53,060 bases of DNA from Candidatus Agathobaculum merdavium (GTDB taxonomy: Bacteria; Bacillota; Clostridia; Oscillospirales; Butyricicoccaceae): positions 1 to 53,060 of the forward strand of contig DXDE01000199.1 of NCBI GenBank assembly GCA_019115615.1, read 5' to 3'. The notes beneath the pieces were generated by a model that worked only from the letters and a program-made list of their open reading frames with translations, made no database searches and was not told the DNA's origin. Each line of letters starts with the position of its first letter. Position 1 is the stretch's first letter. The position numbers and the translations under genes were made by a program. Positions 44,120-52,684 of this stretch are shown here, in pieces.

Positions 44120-44177
44120 TTGACTTCCACGTTCTACCGATGTAGAATATAAGCACAAAGATAGTTTTACATTTGTA
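44120..44177 (+). promoter_or_regulatory. blaI-like promoter with two BlaI/MecI/CopY operators
   Basis: TTGACT, 17 bp, TAGAAT; TACCGATGTA 44135-44144 overlaps the -10; TACATTTGTA 44168-44177 is a perfect TACA-NN-TGTA. Confidence 0.85.
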
Positions 44178-44195
44178 GAAAAAGGGGGCGGGGAC

Positions 44196-44567
44196 ATGGA
44201 CAAGATGAAGCGGCTGCCGGATGCCGAACTGGAGGTTATGCAGGCAGTTTGGTCGCTCGAAGCGCCTGTGACGGCGGCGGAAGTGCAGCGCAAGGTGCCG
44301 AGCGACTGGAAGGCGACGAGCGTGCTTACCTTCCTTTCGCGCCTGTGCGATAAGGGTTTCCTCTCGTGCGAAAAAGAAGGCCGGCAGAACCTGTATACGC
44401 CGTGCGTGACGCGTGAGGACTACCTGCAGCGCGAGAGCCGCAGCTTTGTCGAGCGGATGTGCGGCGGATCGGTGAAAAACCTTGTGGCGAGCCTGTCGGA
44501 CGCGGGCGCGCTGACCAAAAGCGACATCGACGAGCTGCGCGCCTTCCTCGACGCGCAGGGGCGGTAA
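44196..44567 (+). CDS. BlaI/MecI/CopY family repressor
   Basis: LPDAELEVMQAVW, WKATSVLTFLSRLCDKGFL, GGSVKNLVASL. Confidence 0.94.
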   Translation: MDKMKRLPDAELEVMQAVWSLEAPVTAAEVQRKVPSDWKATSVLTFLSRLCDKGFLSCEKEGRQNLYTPCVTREDYLQRESRSFVERMCGGSVKNLVASLSDAGALTKSDIDELRAFLDAQGR

Positions 44568-44585
44568 GGACAGGAGGGGTAGGAT

Positions 44586-47500
44586 ATGCTGGATATTGTG
44601 GAGGTTGCATGGAATGACGTGCTGAGCAATCTGATACAGACCGGGCTGACCGCTTCTGTGGTGGCGCTCGTGCTTTTGCTGCTGCGCAAGGTGATGAAAA
44701 AACGTTATCCTGCGCGGGTGGTGTGCATCGTGTGGGCGATTCTTGCCATTCGGCTGATCATTCCGGTACAGCTGACGCTGCCTGACCCGCCGGTGCAGGT
44801 GACGCCGCGCACGACCTATATTTCCAATGTGACATTGGACGCGGAAACGATCGAACGGGCGGAGTTGCCGGTGTATGAGCGGGACGGTGAGATCACCACG
44901 CAGCGCTGGGTGACAAACGACGAGGTACAGGCGCTGCGGGAGGCTGCCGGCGGCCCGGGGTCATTCTCGATTTTTGATTTCGGGCAGATACTGAGCCTGC
45001 TGTGGATCGCAGGTGCAGTGCTCTTTGTCTGCTGGCAGATATACCGCTATGTGCCGTATCGCTATGTGCTGCAAAACAGCAGCCATCCGGTCGAACGGGA
45101 TACGCTGCGCGCGGTTTTTGAGGAACAAAAGCGGTCGCTCGGCATTGCCCGGGACATCCCGCTGCGGGTTTCGCCTGCGGCGGACTGCCCGATGCTGGTA
45201 GGATTTATCAAACCGACGCTTTATCTGCCGGATGAGGCGCTGGACGCGTCCGACGCGGCATTTATTTTCCGCCATGAACTGACGCATTACAAGCGGGGCG
45301 ACCTGTGGCTCAAGCTGGCGCTGGTTGCGGCGCGGGCGATGCACTGGTTCAATCCGCTCGTGCATCTGATGGCGCGGTTTGCGCAGGAGGATATCGAGCT
45401 GGCCTGCGACGACGCGGTCGTGCGCGGCATGGACGTGGATGCACGCCGCGCTTACGGCGAGACCATCCTGCGCTCGGTTGAGGCGCAGGTCAAGCGCCGC
45501 GCGCTCGTGTCGTGCTTTACCGGGGATAAGGAGGGGCTTATGCGACGGTTTGAAGGGTTATTTGACAAAAATGTCAAACGGCGCGGCGTGGCACTGGTCG
45601 TGGCGGTGGCCGTGATGATCGGCACGCTGGGCTGCGCGGTATCGGTAGGGGAGAGTAACAGCAAGCCGGACGAGGAGGCGCGCCGTGCGCTTGCCGAGGC
45701 GTGGGCGCAGCGCACGGAAAGCCTCGGCTATACGGTAAAGCTCGACGGCGAGGATACCTATGTGCTGTACGACGTGCAGTTCGACAACCTGCCGGACGAG
45801 ATCGTGCCGTATCGCACAGGCGAAAAGCTGGTCTTTGAGATGGGCGCGGACGGCTGGCAGGTCGCAAAGGCCGAGACGGTCGCGCCGGACGGTGTGACAA
45901 CGCTCGACGAATTCCGGCTGCTGTATGAAAACGACCTCGGCCTGCCCGACCCGATCGCGGCTGGCGACATGGTGCTGACCGAGGAACAGCAGCAGAAATG
46001 GAGCAACCCTGTGGACGCGGCGACCGACCTGCTGCACCTGCAGGCTACCGGCACGATGGGCGGCTCGTCCGCCGACCGTACCATGGGCGATGATATCGTG
46101 GATACCACGTTTATCTTTGACGACCACAGCGAAGTGGTCATCACGATGGTCAGACAGTTCGACGCGGGCTGGCTGCCGCAGGACTTCACCTATGACGGCG
46201 GCAAAAACGCGCGCACCGCGGCCGACCTTGCGGGGCAGTATGCGCGCGGCGTGACACACAAGAGCGGGCAGTATATCTATCCCATCCTGACCGCGCAGAA
46301 GCAGCAGGAGTTCCGCACCGCGCAGCAGATACCGGGCGGCGGTTTTAGCTGGAAGTACGGCGGCTCGTCCCCGTCCTACCGGGGCTATACGCTCGTGCCG
46401 ACGAGCGGCGGCGAGTATATCGCCGTGTTCCAGATGTACGGCGGCGGTGTGGAGGATATGCGCAGTGCGTTTCTGATCACCACGGCGCAGGCCGACGGCC
46501 GCCGGGTGATCGACCGCGTTACCGAGGTAGCGGTAAGCAATTATACAAAGAGTGATCTTTTTAGACTTTATTACGACTCTGGTCTGCCGTGGCCGACCAT
46601 TCCCGAGGGCGCGGACAGCTTTAACGGCGCGTCGCTCGACACGCTGACGCGCGTGCGGGATGCGGTCGAAACCGTGTTCGGCTACTTTGGCGAGAATGTC
46701 GAGCATATCGAGGGCGACCAGCACCTGTATACGCTTGAAAGCTGGTTTAAGAGCGAAGTTATTTCCGAGGGCGAGACCGACGCCGTCGTACGGCTGACCT
46801 TTGTCGATAACAGCCCATCGGTCGATGTGCGCATGCGCAAAACGGATGGTTATTGGCTGCCGGTCGGGCTGGCCGGGCAGCCGGCCGAGGGCTTTTCCGC
46901 CACGGTGAATGACGAGGCGCTGCCGACTGGCACAACCGTGCAGCAGGCGGTGCAGACCGCCGCGGGCGAGCTGCCGCTGCTGCGCGCGGGCGACCAGATC
47001 GAGCTGCTGTTCGACCCCGCGCCGGACGGTGAGGTGACGATCGAAGACGCGGTTATTCGCCGGGACGGCACGCTGCAATATGACGATGGTGTCACCGAGC
47101 GCAGCACGTTCTCCTATACGGGCAATGTGGCAAGCATGTCGTACACCTATCCGGTCGAGCACCTGATGGCCGAAGCGCTGTCTGGAACCATGAACGCAGT
47201 CGTGTACCGCGGCGTGACCCTGACCTACACGGCAAACGGCACAGACTATACCGCCGCATTTGCCTTCCGGCTGGCGGATGAGGGTGTGGTGAGCGTGGAT
47301 TACACTATCACCTCGACCGAATATCACAACGACACCTACGGCTACACGCTGACGCTGCCGGACTGCTTTGTCGGACAGGGCTATGCCAAGGAAACCAGCG
47401 ACAGCACCGTGCAGTTCGGCCTGCAAAACGCGCTGCCGGGCTATTCGGATGACCCGACCGACGGCGGCACAGTGATGGGGCTGTATGTGCAGGCGACCGC

Positions 47501-48884
47501 GTCGCTCAAAGCACAGTTCGGTGAGGACTGGCAGGCGGGTTATCCTGTGCCATGCAAAGAACTTGCCGAGCGGAATGGCCTGACCTATTATCTGGCGTTT
47601 GCGTCCGATGTGCAGTATGACCCGTCGGACGAGGAGATCACGGCGGCTTACACCGAAATGAGTGCGGCGGCGTATGCGATGGGCGCGGACGCGATCTCGT
47701 TTGACGGACAAAATGACGCACAGGCAGGCCGCGAGCAGCAGCAGGTGCTGCATGATCTGGGCGAGCAGTACGCTTATATGGAAAACCAGCTGTTGAGCGG
47801 CGGCCTGCCGATCGATCTGGTTACGGTCGAGCCTAACCTGACCGACGGCTCGTGCCTGCTGGTCGTCCGGTATATGGGGCAAGCAGGTGATTATTATTTC
47901 ACCACTGCCCAGCGGCTGTGGTATGAGGGGACGGATTCGGTTACGCCTGATCGCACCGAAGCGCTGGTCAACACCTCGGGCGGCGTGCGGTCGCTCGAAG
48001 AGTTTCGGTATGCGTTTCCGTATGAGCAGGGCTTCCCGGTGTTTGATGAGGCCGGACTGGAAAGCTTGAGCGAGATGGCGGCAAAGCCCGCCTCGCTTGA
48101 AAATCCCGATCTGTCCACCCCCGAGGCCTGCGCGGAATATGTGCTGCATTTTGTGGGCGGCGAGTGGACCCGCCGGACGGGCAGCGAGGACGATAGTGAG
48201 ATGGGTCTGACCTACCGCTGGGATGACGGCGAAATGATGATACGGATGCAGCGCGTGCAGCTGTCGGACAGCAGCCCGGTGCTGTGGCTGCCCATCGGCT
48301 ATGACGGCTGGCAGCCGCAGTATCTGCCGTATCTGCTCGTATTGGCGCGCATGATGGACTATTATCCGTACCGCACGACGGGCGAGCTGCTGCAGGCGCT
48401 CGACATGGGCTGGGCGGACGGCGCGTATGCCGAGGGCGTGCTGGCCGAGCTGGACAAACGCTGGCAGCAGGACGCGGACGCGGTCGAAAGCGCGGTCGCA
48501 GGCTTCGGCACGGGCGTGCAGGAGCTGTGGGCAAGCCACAAGGGGACAAATCCGGATATTTTCGGCGCGCGGTTTTCGGATGAGGAGATCGAAGCGGCCT
48601 ATCAGGCAGTGCACAGCTATGCGTGGTGGCACGGTTTTTCGGTCGAAAACCTGCACTATGACGCAGGCCATGATTTCACTTTCTCGCAGGGGATTATGAC
48701 CGGCGGTGTTTTGCAGGACAATGTGGAAAACGACGGCCTGACGATCGACAACGTGATTACCGTCATGGGTGACGCACGGCATGTTTCCGGCGCGCAGAAC
48801 AATGAAGCTGACGGATGGTCGTTCACACTGTACCGCGATGCGGACGGCAAGTGGGTGCTTGAAGACGGCGCATATGGCTACTGA
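44586..48884 (+). CDS. BlaR1-like M56 metallopeptidase sensor with a very large repeated ectodomain
   Basis: TM helices, PMLVGFIKPTLYLP, HELTHYKRGD, HWFNPLV, ELACD; about 1070-aa extracellular region. Confidence 0.92.
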   Translation: MLDIVEVAWNDVLSNLIQTGLTASVVALVLLLLRKVMKKRYPARVVCIVWAILAIRLIIPVQLTLPDPPVQVTPRTTYISNVTLDAETIERAELPVYERDGEITTQRWVTNDEVQALREAAGGPGSFSIFDFGQILSLLWIAGAVLFVCWQIYRYVPYRYVLQNSSHPVERDTLRAVFEEQKRSLGIARDIPLRVSPAADCPMLVGFIKPTLYLPDEALDASDAAFIFRHELTHYKRGDLWLKLALVAARAMHWFNPLVHLMARFAQEDIELACDDAVVRGMDVDARRAYGETILRSVEAQVKRRALVSCFTGDKEGLMRRFEGLFDKNVKRRGVALVVAVAVMIGTLGCAVSVGESNSKPDEEARRALAEAWAQRTESLGYTVKLDGEDTYVLYDVQFDNLPDEIVPYRTGEKLVFEMGADGWQVAKAETVAPDGVTTLDEFRLLYENDLGLPDPIAAGDMVLTEEQQQKWSNPVDAATDLLHLQATGTMGGSSADRTMGDDIVDTTFIFDDHSEVVITMVRQFDAGWLPQDFTYDGGKNARTAADLAGQYARGVTHKSGQYIYPILTAQKQQEFRTAQQIPGGGFSWKYGGSSPSYRGYTLVPTSGGEYIAVFQMYGGGVEDMRSAFLITTAQADGRRVIDRVTEVAVSNYTKSDLFRLYYDSGLPWPTIPEGADSFNGASLDTLTRVRDAVETVFGYFGENVEHIEGDQHLYTLESWFKSEVISEGETDAVVRLTFVDNSPSVDVRMRKTDGYWLPVGLAGQPAEGFSATVNDEALPTGTTVQQAVQTAAGELPLLRAGDQIELLFDPAPDGEVTIEDAVIRRDGTLQYDDGVTERSTFSYTGNVASMSYTYPVEHLMAEALSGTMNAVVYRGVTLTYTANGTDYTAAFAFRLADEGVVSVDYTITSTEYHNDTYGYTLTLPDCFVGQGYAKETSDSTVQFGLQNALPGYSDDPTDGGTVMGLYVQATASLKAQFGEDWQAGYPVPCKELAERNGLTYYLAFASDVQYDPSDEEITAAYTEMSAAAYAMGADAISFDGQNDAQAGREQQQVLHDLGEQYAYMENQLLSGGLPIDLVTVEPNLTDGSCLLVVRYMGQAGDYYFTTAQRLWYEGTDSVTPDRTEALVNTSGGVRSLEEFRYAFPYEQGFPVFDEAGLESLSEMAAKPASLENPDLSTPEACAEYVLHFVGGEWTRRTGSEDDSEMGLTYRWDDGEMMIRMQRVQLSDSSPVLWLPIGYDGWQPQYLPYLLVLARMMDYYPYRTTGELLQALDMGWADGAYAEGVLAELDKRWQQDADAVESAVAGFGTGVQELWASHKGTNPDIFGARFSDEEIEAAYQAVHSYAWWHGFSVENLHYDAGHDFTFSQGIMTGGVLQDNVENDGLTIDNVITVMGDARHVSGAQNNEADGWSFTLYRDADGKWVLEDGAYGY

Positions 48885-48921
48885 GCGCATAACTTGACGA
48901 AAACTTAACACCAATATGGCC

Positions 48922-48950
48922 TTGACACCGCTCTCTCTCCATGATAAGAT
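48922..48950 (+). promoter_or_regulatory. sigma-A promoter of the riboswitch leader
   Basis: TTGACA, 17 bp, TAAGAT with TG extension. Confidence 0.8.
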
Positions 48951-48956
48951 GATGCC

Positions 48957-49066
48957 AAACAAAGGGGAGTAGTCGGCGCGGCCTGTCCGCGCGGCATCGC
49001 CAACAAGCATGACGGGGCGCTTGATCCCGTTCTGGCTGTTGCCTGAAATGACCAGACCTGCGTTTT
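48957..49066 (+). ncRNA. yybP-ykoY (Mn2+-sensing) riboswitch aptamer
   Basis: AAAGGGGAGTAGTC...GCCAACAAGC...CTGGC...GACCAGACC follows the order of conserved yybP-ykoY elements; paired arms GCGCGG/CCGCGC, GGCA..GCCA/TGGC..TGCC, ACGGG/CCCGT. Confidence 0.83.
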
Positions 49067-49093
49067 CCGAAAGGGAAACGCAGGTCTGTTTGT
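49053..49093 (+). terminator. riboswitch expression-platform terminator
   Basis: CAGACCTGCGTTTTCC-GAAA-GGGAAACGCAGGTCTG plus TTTGT, overlapping the aptamer 3' strand. Confidence 0.8.
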
Positions 49094-49348
49094 ATTATAG
49101 GGGACTTCAAAAGTCCCCTATATACGAAAACCGGTGTTATAGAAACCGGTTTTCGATACCCGAATGACGCGGCCTTGGGCCGCTGGGTCGAGGTATTATG
49201 AAATCGGGCAAAGCTCGATTTCACAATGCCGCTCAAGGTGAATTGCGGCGAAGCCGCAAGAGAAGGTCCCCTGGGGGACGCAGAGCGGCGATATCATATC
49301 GCGCTTACGCGCGGTTCATCATTTGTAGCAGGAATTGGGGGCGATAGT

Positions 49349-50476
49349 ATGGAATTTCTATACGAAGGTTTGCTGTCGGTGACATGGCAGCAGGTAGTGA
49401 TGTACTGTGTCGGTGGGCTGCTGATCTCGCTGGCGATACAGAAGCAGTATGAGCCGGCGCTGCTGCTGCCAATGGGCTTCGGTGCGATTCTGGTCAACCT
49501 GCCGATGTCGGGCGTGATCGACCAGATCACGCAGGGCGCGGGCACGACGCACGGCATCATCCAATGGCTGTTTGAGACAGGTATCGAAGCGAGCGAGGCC
49601 ATGCCGCTTTTGCTGTTCATCGGCATCGGCGCGATGATCGACTTCGGTCCGCTGCTGTCCAGTCCGAAGCTGTTTTTGTTCGGCGCGGCGGCGCAGGTCG
49701 GTATTTTCCTGACTATCATCGCGGCGGCGGCCTTTGGGTTTGATATCGTAGACGCCGCGGCCATCGGCATCATCGGCGCAGCAGACGGCCCGACCTCGCT
49801 GCTCGTCTCGCAGGTGCTCGGGTCGAAATACGTCGGCGCGATCGCGGTCGCCGCGTACAGTTATATGGCGCTCGTGCCCATCATCCAGCCGTTTGCAATC
49901 AAGCTGGTGACAACCAAAAAGGAACGCGCAATGAAAATGCCGTACGCGGCCGGGCAGGTCAGCCGCCGCACGCGCATCCTGTTCCCGATCGTCGTGTCGA
50001 TCGTGGCCGGACTGGTTGCGCCCGCGTCGGTATCGCTTGTCGGCTTTTTGATGTTCGGCAACCTCATCCGTGAGTGCGGCGTGCTCGAAAGCCTGTCCAA
50101 GACCGCGCAGCATGAGCTGGCAAACCTCGTCACCCTGCTGCTCGGCATCACGATCTCGTTCTCGATGCGCGCAGAGCAGTTCGTGACCAAGGAAACGCTG
50201 CTCATCCTGTGCTTGGGTCTGGTGGCGTTCACGCTGGACACGATCGGCGGCGTGGTGTTCGCAAAAATCCTCAATCTGTTCTGCAAAAATAAGGTCAACC
50301 CAATGGTCGGCGCGGCGGGCATTTCGGCCTTCCCGATGAGCGCGCGCGTGGTCGAAAAGCTGGGCGTCGAGGCGGATAAGACCAACCACCTGCTGATGCA
50401 CGCGGCGGGCGCGAATGTCGCCGGACAGATCGCGTCGGTCGTCGCGGGCGGCGTGATTTTAGGGTTCTTTATGTGA
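49349..50476 (+). CDS. Na+-translocating decarboxylase beta subunit family (OadB/GcdB-like)
   Basis: YEPALLLPMGFG, FIGIGAMIDFGP, IGIIGAADGPT, AVAAYSYMALVPIIQP, GAAGISAFPMSAR. Confidence 0.93.
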   Translation: MEFLYEGLLSVTWQQVVMYCVGGLLISLAIQKQYEPALLLPMGFGAILVNLPMSGVIDQITQGAGTTHGIIQWLFETGIEASEAMPLLLFIGIGAMIDFGPLLSSPKLFLFGAAAQVGIFLTIIAAAAFGFDIVDAAAIGIIGAADGPTSLLVSQVLGSKYVGAIAVAAYSYMALVPIIQPFAIKLVTTKKERAMKMPYAAGQVSRRTRILFPIVVSIVAGLVAPASVSLVGFLMFGNLIRECGVLESLSKTAQHELANLVTLLLGITISFSMRAEQFVTKETLLILCLGLVAFTLDTIGGVVFAKILNLFCKNKVNPMVGAAGISAFPMSARVVEKLGVEADKTNHLLMHAAGANVAGQIASVVAGGVILGFFM

Positions 50477-50494
50477 CGAAAGGGGCGCAAAACA

Positions 50495-50623
50495 ATGAAC
50501 GAAGCGGTAAATACAGCGATCCAGCTGTTCGGACAGGGCATGGCGGGTATCTTCACTGTGCTCGCGGTGATCGCGCTGATCGTCAAATTCCTTGGCAGCC
50601 TGGACAAGGGCGGTCAGGGCTGA
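50495..50623 (+). CDS. OadG-like 42-aa single-TM small subunit (absent from the ORF track)
   Basis: AAAGGGG RBS; MNEAVNTAIQLFGQGMAGIFTVLAVIALIVKFLGSLDKGGQG with the GMxGIF gamma-type helix. Confidence 0.82.
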   Translation: MNEAVNTAIQLFGQGMAGIFTVLAVIALIVKFLGSLDKGGQG

Positions 50624-50681
50624 AAAAGCACTTGCAAACCCCATTTGTTTCTGGTATAGTAATAGGGTAGACCAAACAAAT

Positions 50682-50758
50682 GGGGTTGTAGCTCAGCTGG
50701 TCAGAGCGTTCGCCTCACACGCGAGAGGTCGTGGGTTCGAGCCCCGCCAACCCCACCA
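50682..50758 (+). tRNA. tRNA-Val (anticodon CAC)
   Basis: GGGGTTG acceptor, AGCTCAGCTGGTCAGAGC D-arm, TTCGC-CTCACAC-GCGAG, GGTTCGAG, CCA; promoter TTGCAA, 17 bp, TATAGT. Confidence 0.96.
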
Positions 50759-50760
50759 GC

Positions 50761-50792
50761 AAAAGCCGTCACGAAAGTGACGGCTTTTTTGT
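50761..50792 (+). terminator. tRNA-Val terminator
   Basis: AAAAGCCGTCAC-GAAA-GTGACGGCTTTTT. Confidence 0.88.
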
Positions 50793-50992
50793 ATTTTCGG
50801 CAACTTCTAAACTGTTTGCTTGTCACAGATGCTGCAATACTATTGTTTGCGTTTTAGGAATAAAACGGATAAAACGGACGAGAACGCAGGAAAATGACAA
50901 AATGCGTTGCAAATGTGTTGCAAATCTTTAAAGCAATTTTGGATTTCACAATATGGGTTGTGGATAGCAAATTGTCCACAATTAGATATTTC

Positions 50993-51021
50993 TTTACAGG
51001 TTTGCGGCATGTTGGTATAAT
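50993..51021 (+). promoter_or_regulatory. promoter probably belonging to the Abi gene, now separated from it by IS110
   Basis: TTTACA, 17 bp, TATAAT with TG extension, 15 bp before the IS boundary. Confidence 0.7.
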
Positions 51022-51168
51022 GTAAATAATGTAAAAGGAGTCCTGCAAACAAAAGTCAATAGCTGAAATGAAAAAAGCCCGGCAAAATTTGCGAGACCGA
51101 AAAAGGGGCATAACAAAACAGACTGGAGAAGAATTACATCGCCAGCCGGGATGGAGTTGGCAGTTAGC

Positions 51169-52395
51169 TTAACTCTGCGCAGAGCCTTGTTGTGCATCGA
51201 ATGCCTCAAGGCACTCTTTCACGCGGGCATAGTAGATGCGAAGGAACTTGTTCTGCGCGGCGGTCATGTAGACAAAGTACGGCTTGCCCTCGCTGCGTTT
51301 CTTATCGAGGAACTGGTACACCGGCTCATTTGCAGGAGACTTTTTCAGGTAAGTGCAAACGATCTGGTACAGCGTTTTCCGCAGGTGCGAAGAGCCGCGT
51401 TTGGTTGTAGGAACGCTCTTGGCACTGTATTTGCCGGACTCATCCACACCGGGATCGACGCCCGCAAATCCAACGATAGAACTGCGGCGCGGGAAACGGC
51501 GTACATCGCCAATCTCAGCCATGAGCTGGGCGGCTGTTGTTTCACCTACACCGTACATGGCATGCACGGTATCATACTCCGGCAGCTGTTTTGCAAGTCG
51601 TGTCATCTCGGCGCGCAGAGCGGCCAGTGTCATCTTGCCAGCAAGCAGTTGTTGGGCAGCGGTCGTAATCAGCAGCTTTGTGTTGTTGTTTTTCGGCAGA
51701 GTGGTGAAATGACCACAGCTCTTGTCGTAAATGTCTAAGGCCTTTTCAGCGCTGAAATGGTAGCCCTTGCGCTTGCACCACTTCTGGTAGCGCTCGGTGA
51801 ACGCCGTCTCGCTGACACAGCAGATGCAGTCGCAGTGCCAAAAGGCCATGACAAAATCCACCCACTTCTGGTGGCCGTCGGCGCGCTCTGGGCTGGAGAA
51901 CAGTTCGTTCACGCCGGGGAATGTCTTGTCGGTCAGCGAAATGAGATTGTTTTGCAGTGATACCACCGTTTTCATGTAAAGGTTATACTGACGGCTGCAC
52001 AGCTTCAGTTGTTGTCTTACAGTATCCATAGGAGTATATTCCCGCAGATCCACCCAGTTGTCAAGGCCGTATTTGGCGATCTTCATGGCGTCAGCCCTGT
52101 CGGTCTTGACCTTGCGGATGGAACCGCCTCCGCTCTGCTTGATAAGCAGCGGATTGAGGACGCAGACATAGATACCGTATTCGTGCAGCGCCTCAGCGAC
52201 CGGCTCATGGTAGCGCCCGGTGGCCTCCATGACAACGCGGGTATCTTTTCCCAGCGCAATGATAGCGTAGGCCATCTGCTCCAGACCAATCTCGGTATGG
52301 AGAAATTCCCGTGGCAGAAATGCCACTTCACCCATTGGCCGCAGGGCGGCCACCATGCTTTTCCCTTTGGAAACATCAATTCCAACTGCGTTCAT
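51169..52395 (-). CDS. IS110 family DEDD recombinase/transposase
   Basis: GIDVSK, VMEATG, KTDRADA (D-E-D-D); GVGETTAAQLMAEIGD, FAGVDP..ESG, KRGSSHLR. Confidence 0.96.
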   Translation of the reverse strand: MNAVGIDVSKGKSMVAALRPMGEVAFLPREFLHTEIGLEQMAYAIIALGKDTRVVMEATGRYHEPVAEALHEYGIYVCVLNPLLIKQSGGGSIRKVKTDRADAMKIAKYGLDNWVDLREYTPMDTVRQQLKLCSRQYNLYMKTVVSLQNNLISLTDKTFPGVNELFSSPERADGHQKWVDFVMAFWHCDCICCVSETAFTERYQKWCKRKGYHFSAEKALDIYDKSCGHFTTLPKNNNTKLLITTAAQQLLAGKMTLAALRAEMTRLAKQLPEYDTVHAMYGVGETTAAQLMAEIGDVRRFPRRSSIVGFAGVDPGVDESGKYSAKSVPTTKRGSSHLRKTLYQIVCTYLKKSPANEPVYQFLDKKRSEGKPYFVYMTAAQNKFLRIYYARVKECLEAFDAQQGSAQS

Positions 52396-52409
52396 TTTAT
52401 TCCTCCTTC

Positions 52410-52656
52410 TGGTTGAATATGGCTTTCCGCCTTTTTCTCATTGCTTATTCAATCTCCTAAATGACACGAACGCACCGCAATCCGGTGGTACAACCTGCGC
52501 AAATCGAATGCTGCGAACGAGAGAGGCGGCTGACGGACTCCCTTTCGGGCGTGCTAGCCCATGGTTACGATTGTCAGGCCACTTACTCCCTCATTCTAAC
52601 AGCTTCAGCTTTGAGATGGAAAAAGACGCGGCTGGCTGCCGCGCCTTAAACCGTAA
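52410..52656 (-). ncRNA. candidate IS110 bridge RNA
   Basis: About 250-nt non-coding end upstream of the recombinase: a 5' hairpin and two large internal loops with segments complementary to the target and donor junctions. Confidence 0.62.
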
Positions 52657-52684
52657 TTATTATTGTAGGAGGTTTGGAATAGAG

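Larger units (their letters stand above)
51036..52671 (-). mobile_element. IS110-family insertion sequence bounded by AGGAG at both junctions
   Basis: GC-richer block in AT-rich DNA; AGGAG at 51036-51040 and 52667-52671; no long terminal inverted repeats; removing it restores AAAAGGAGG. Confidence 0.85.

Noticed and set aside
45558-49010. 1150-aa minus-strand ORF
   Set aside because: Antisense to the BlaR1-like gene with no recognisable domain.
48957-49340. Na+ (DUF1646) riboswitch, expected upstream of oad genes
   Set aside because: I could not recognise its consensus; the leader fits yybP-ykoY. A covariance-model search is needed to exclude it.
49226-49348. 41-aa N-terminal extension of OadB in the ORF track
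   Set aside because: Falls inside the hairpin array; the family-like start is ATG 49349 after a GGGGG RBS.
50473-50670. 65-aa ORF after oadB
   Set aside because: The overlapping 42-aa frame at 50495-50623 has the RBS and the OadG-like TM helix.
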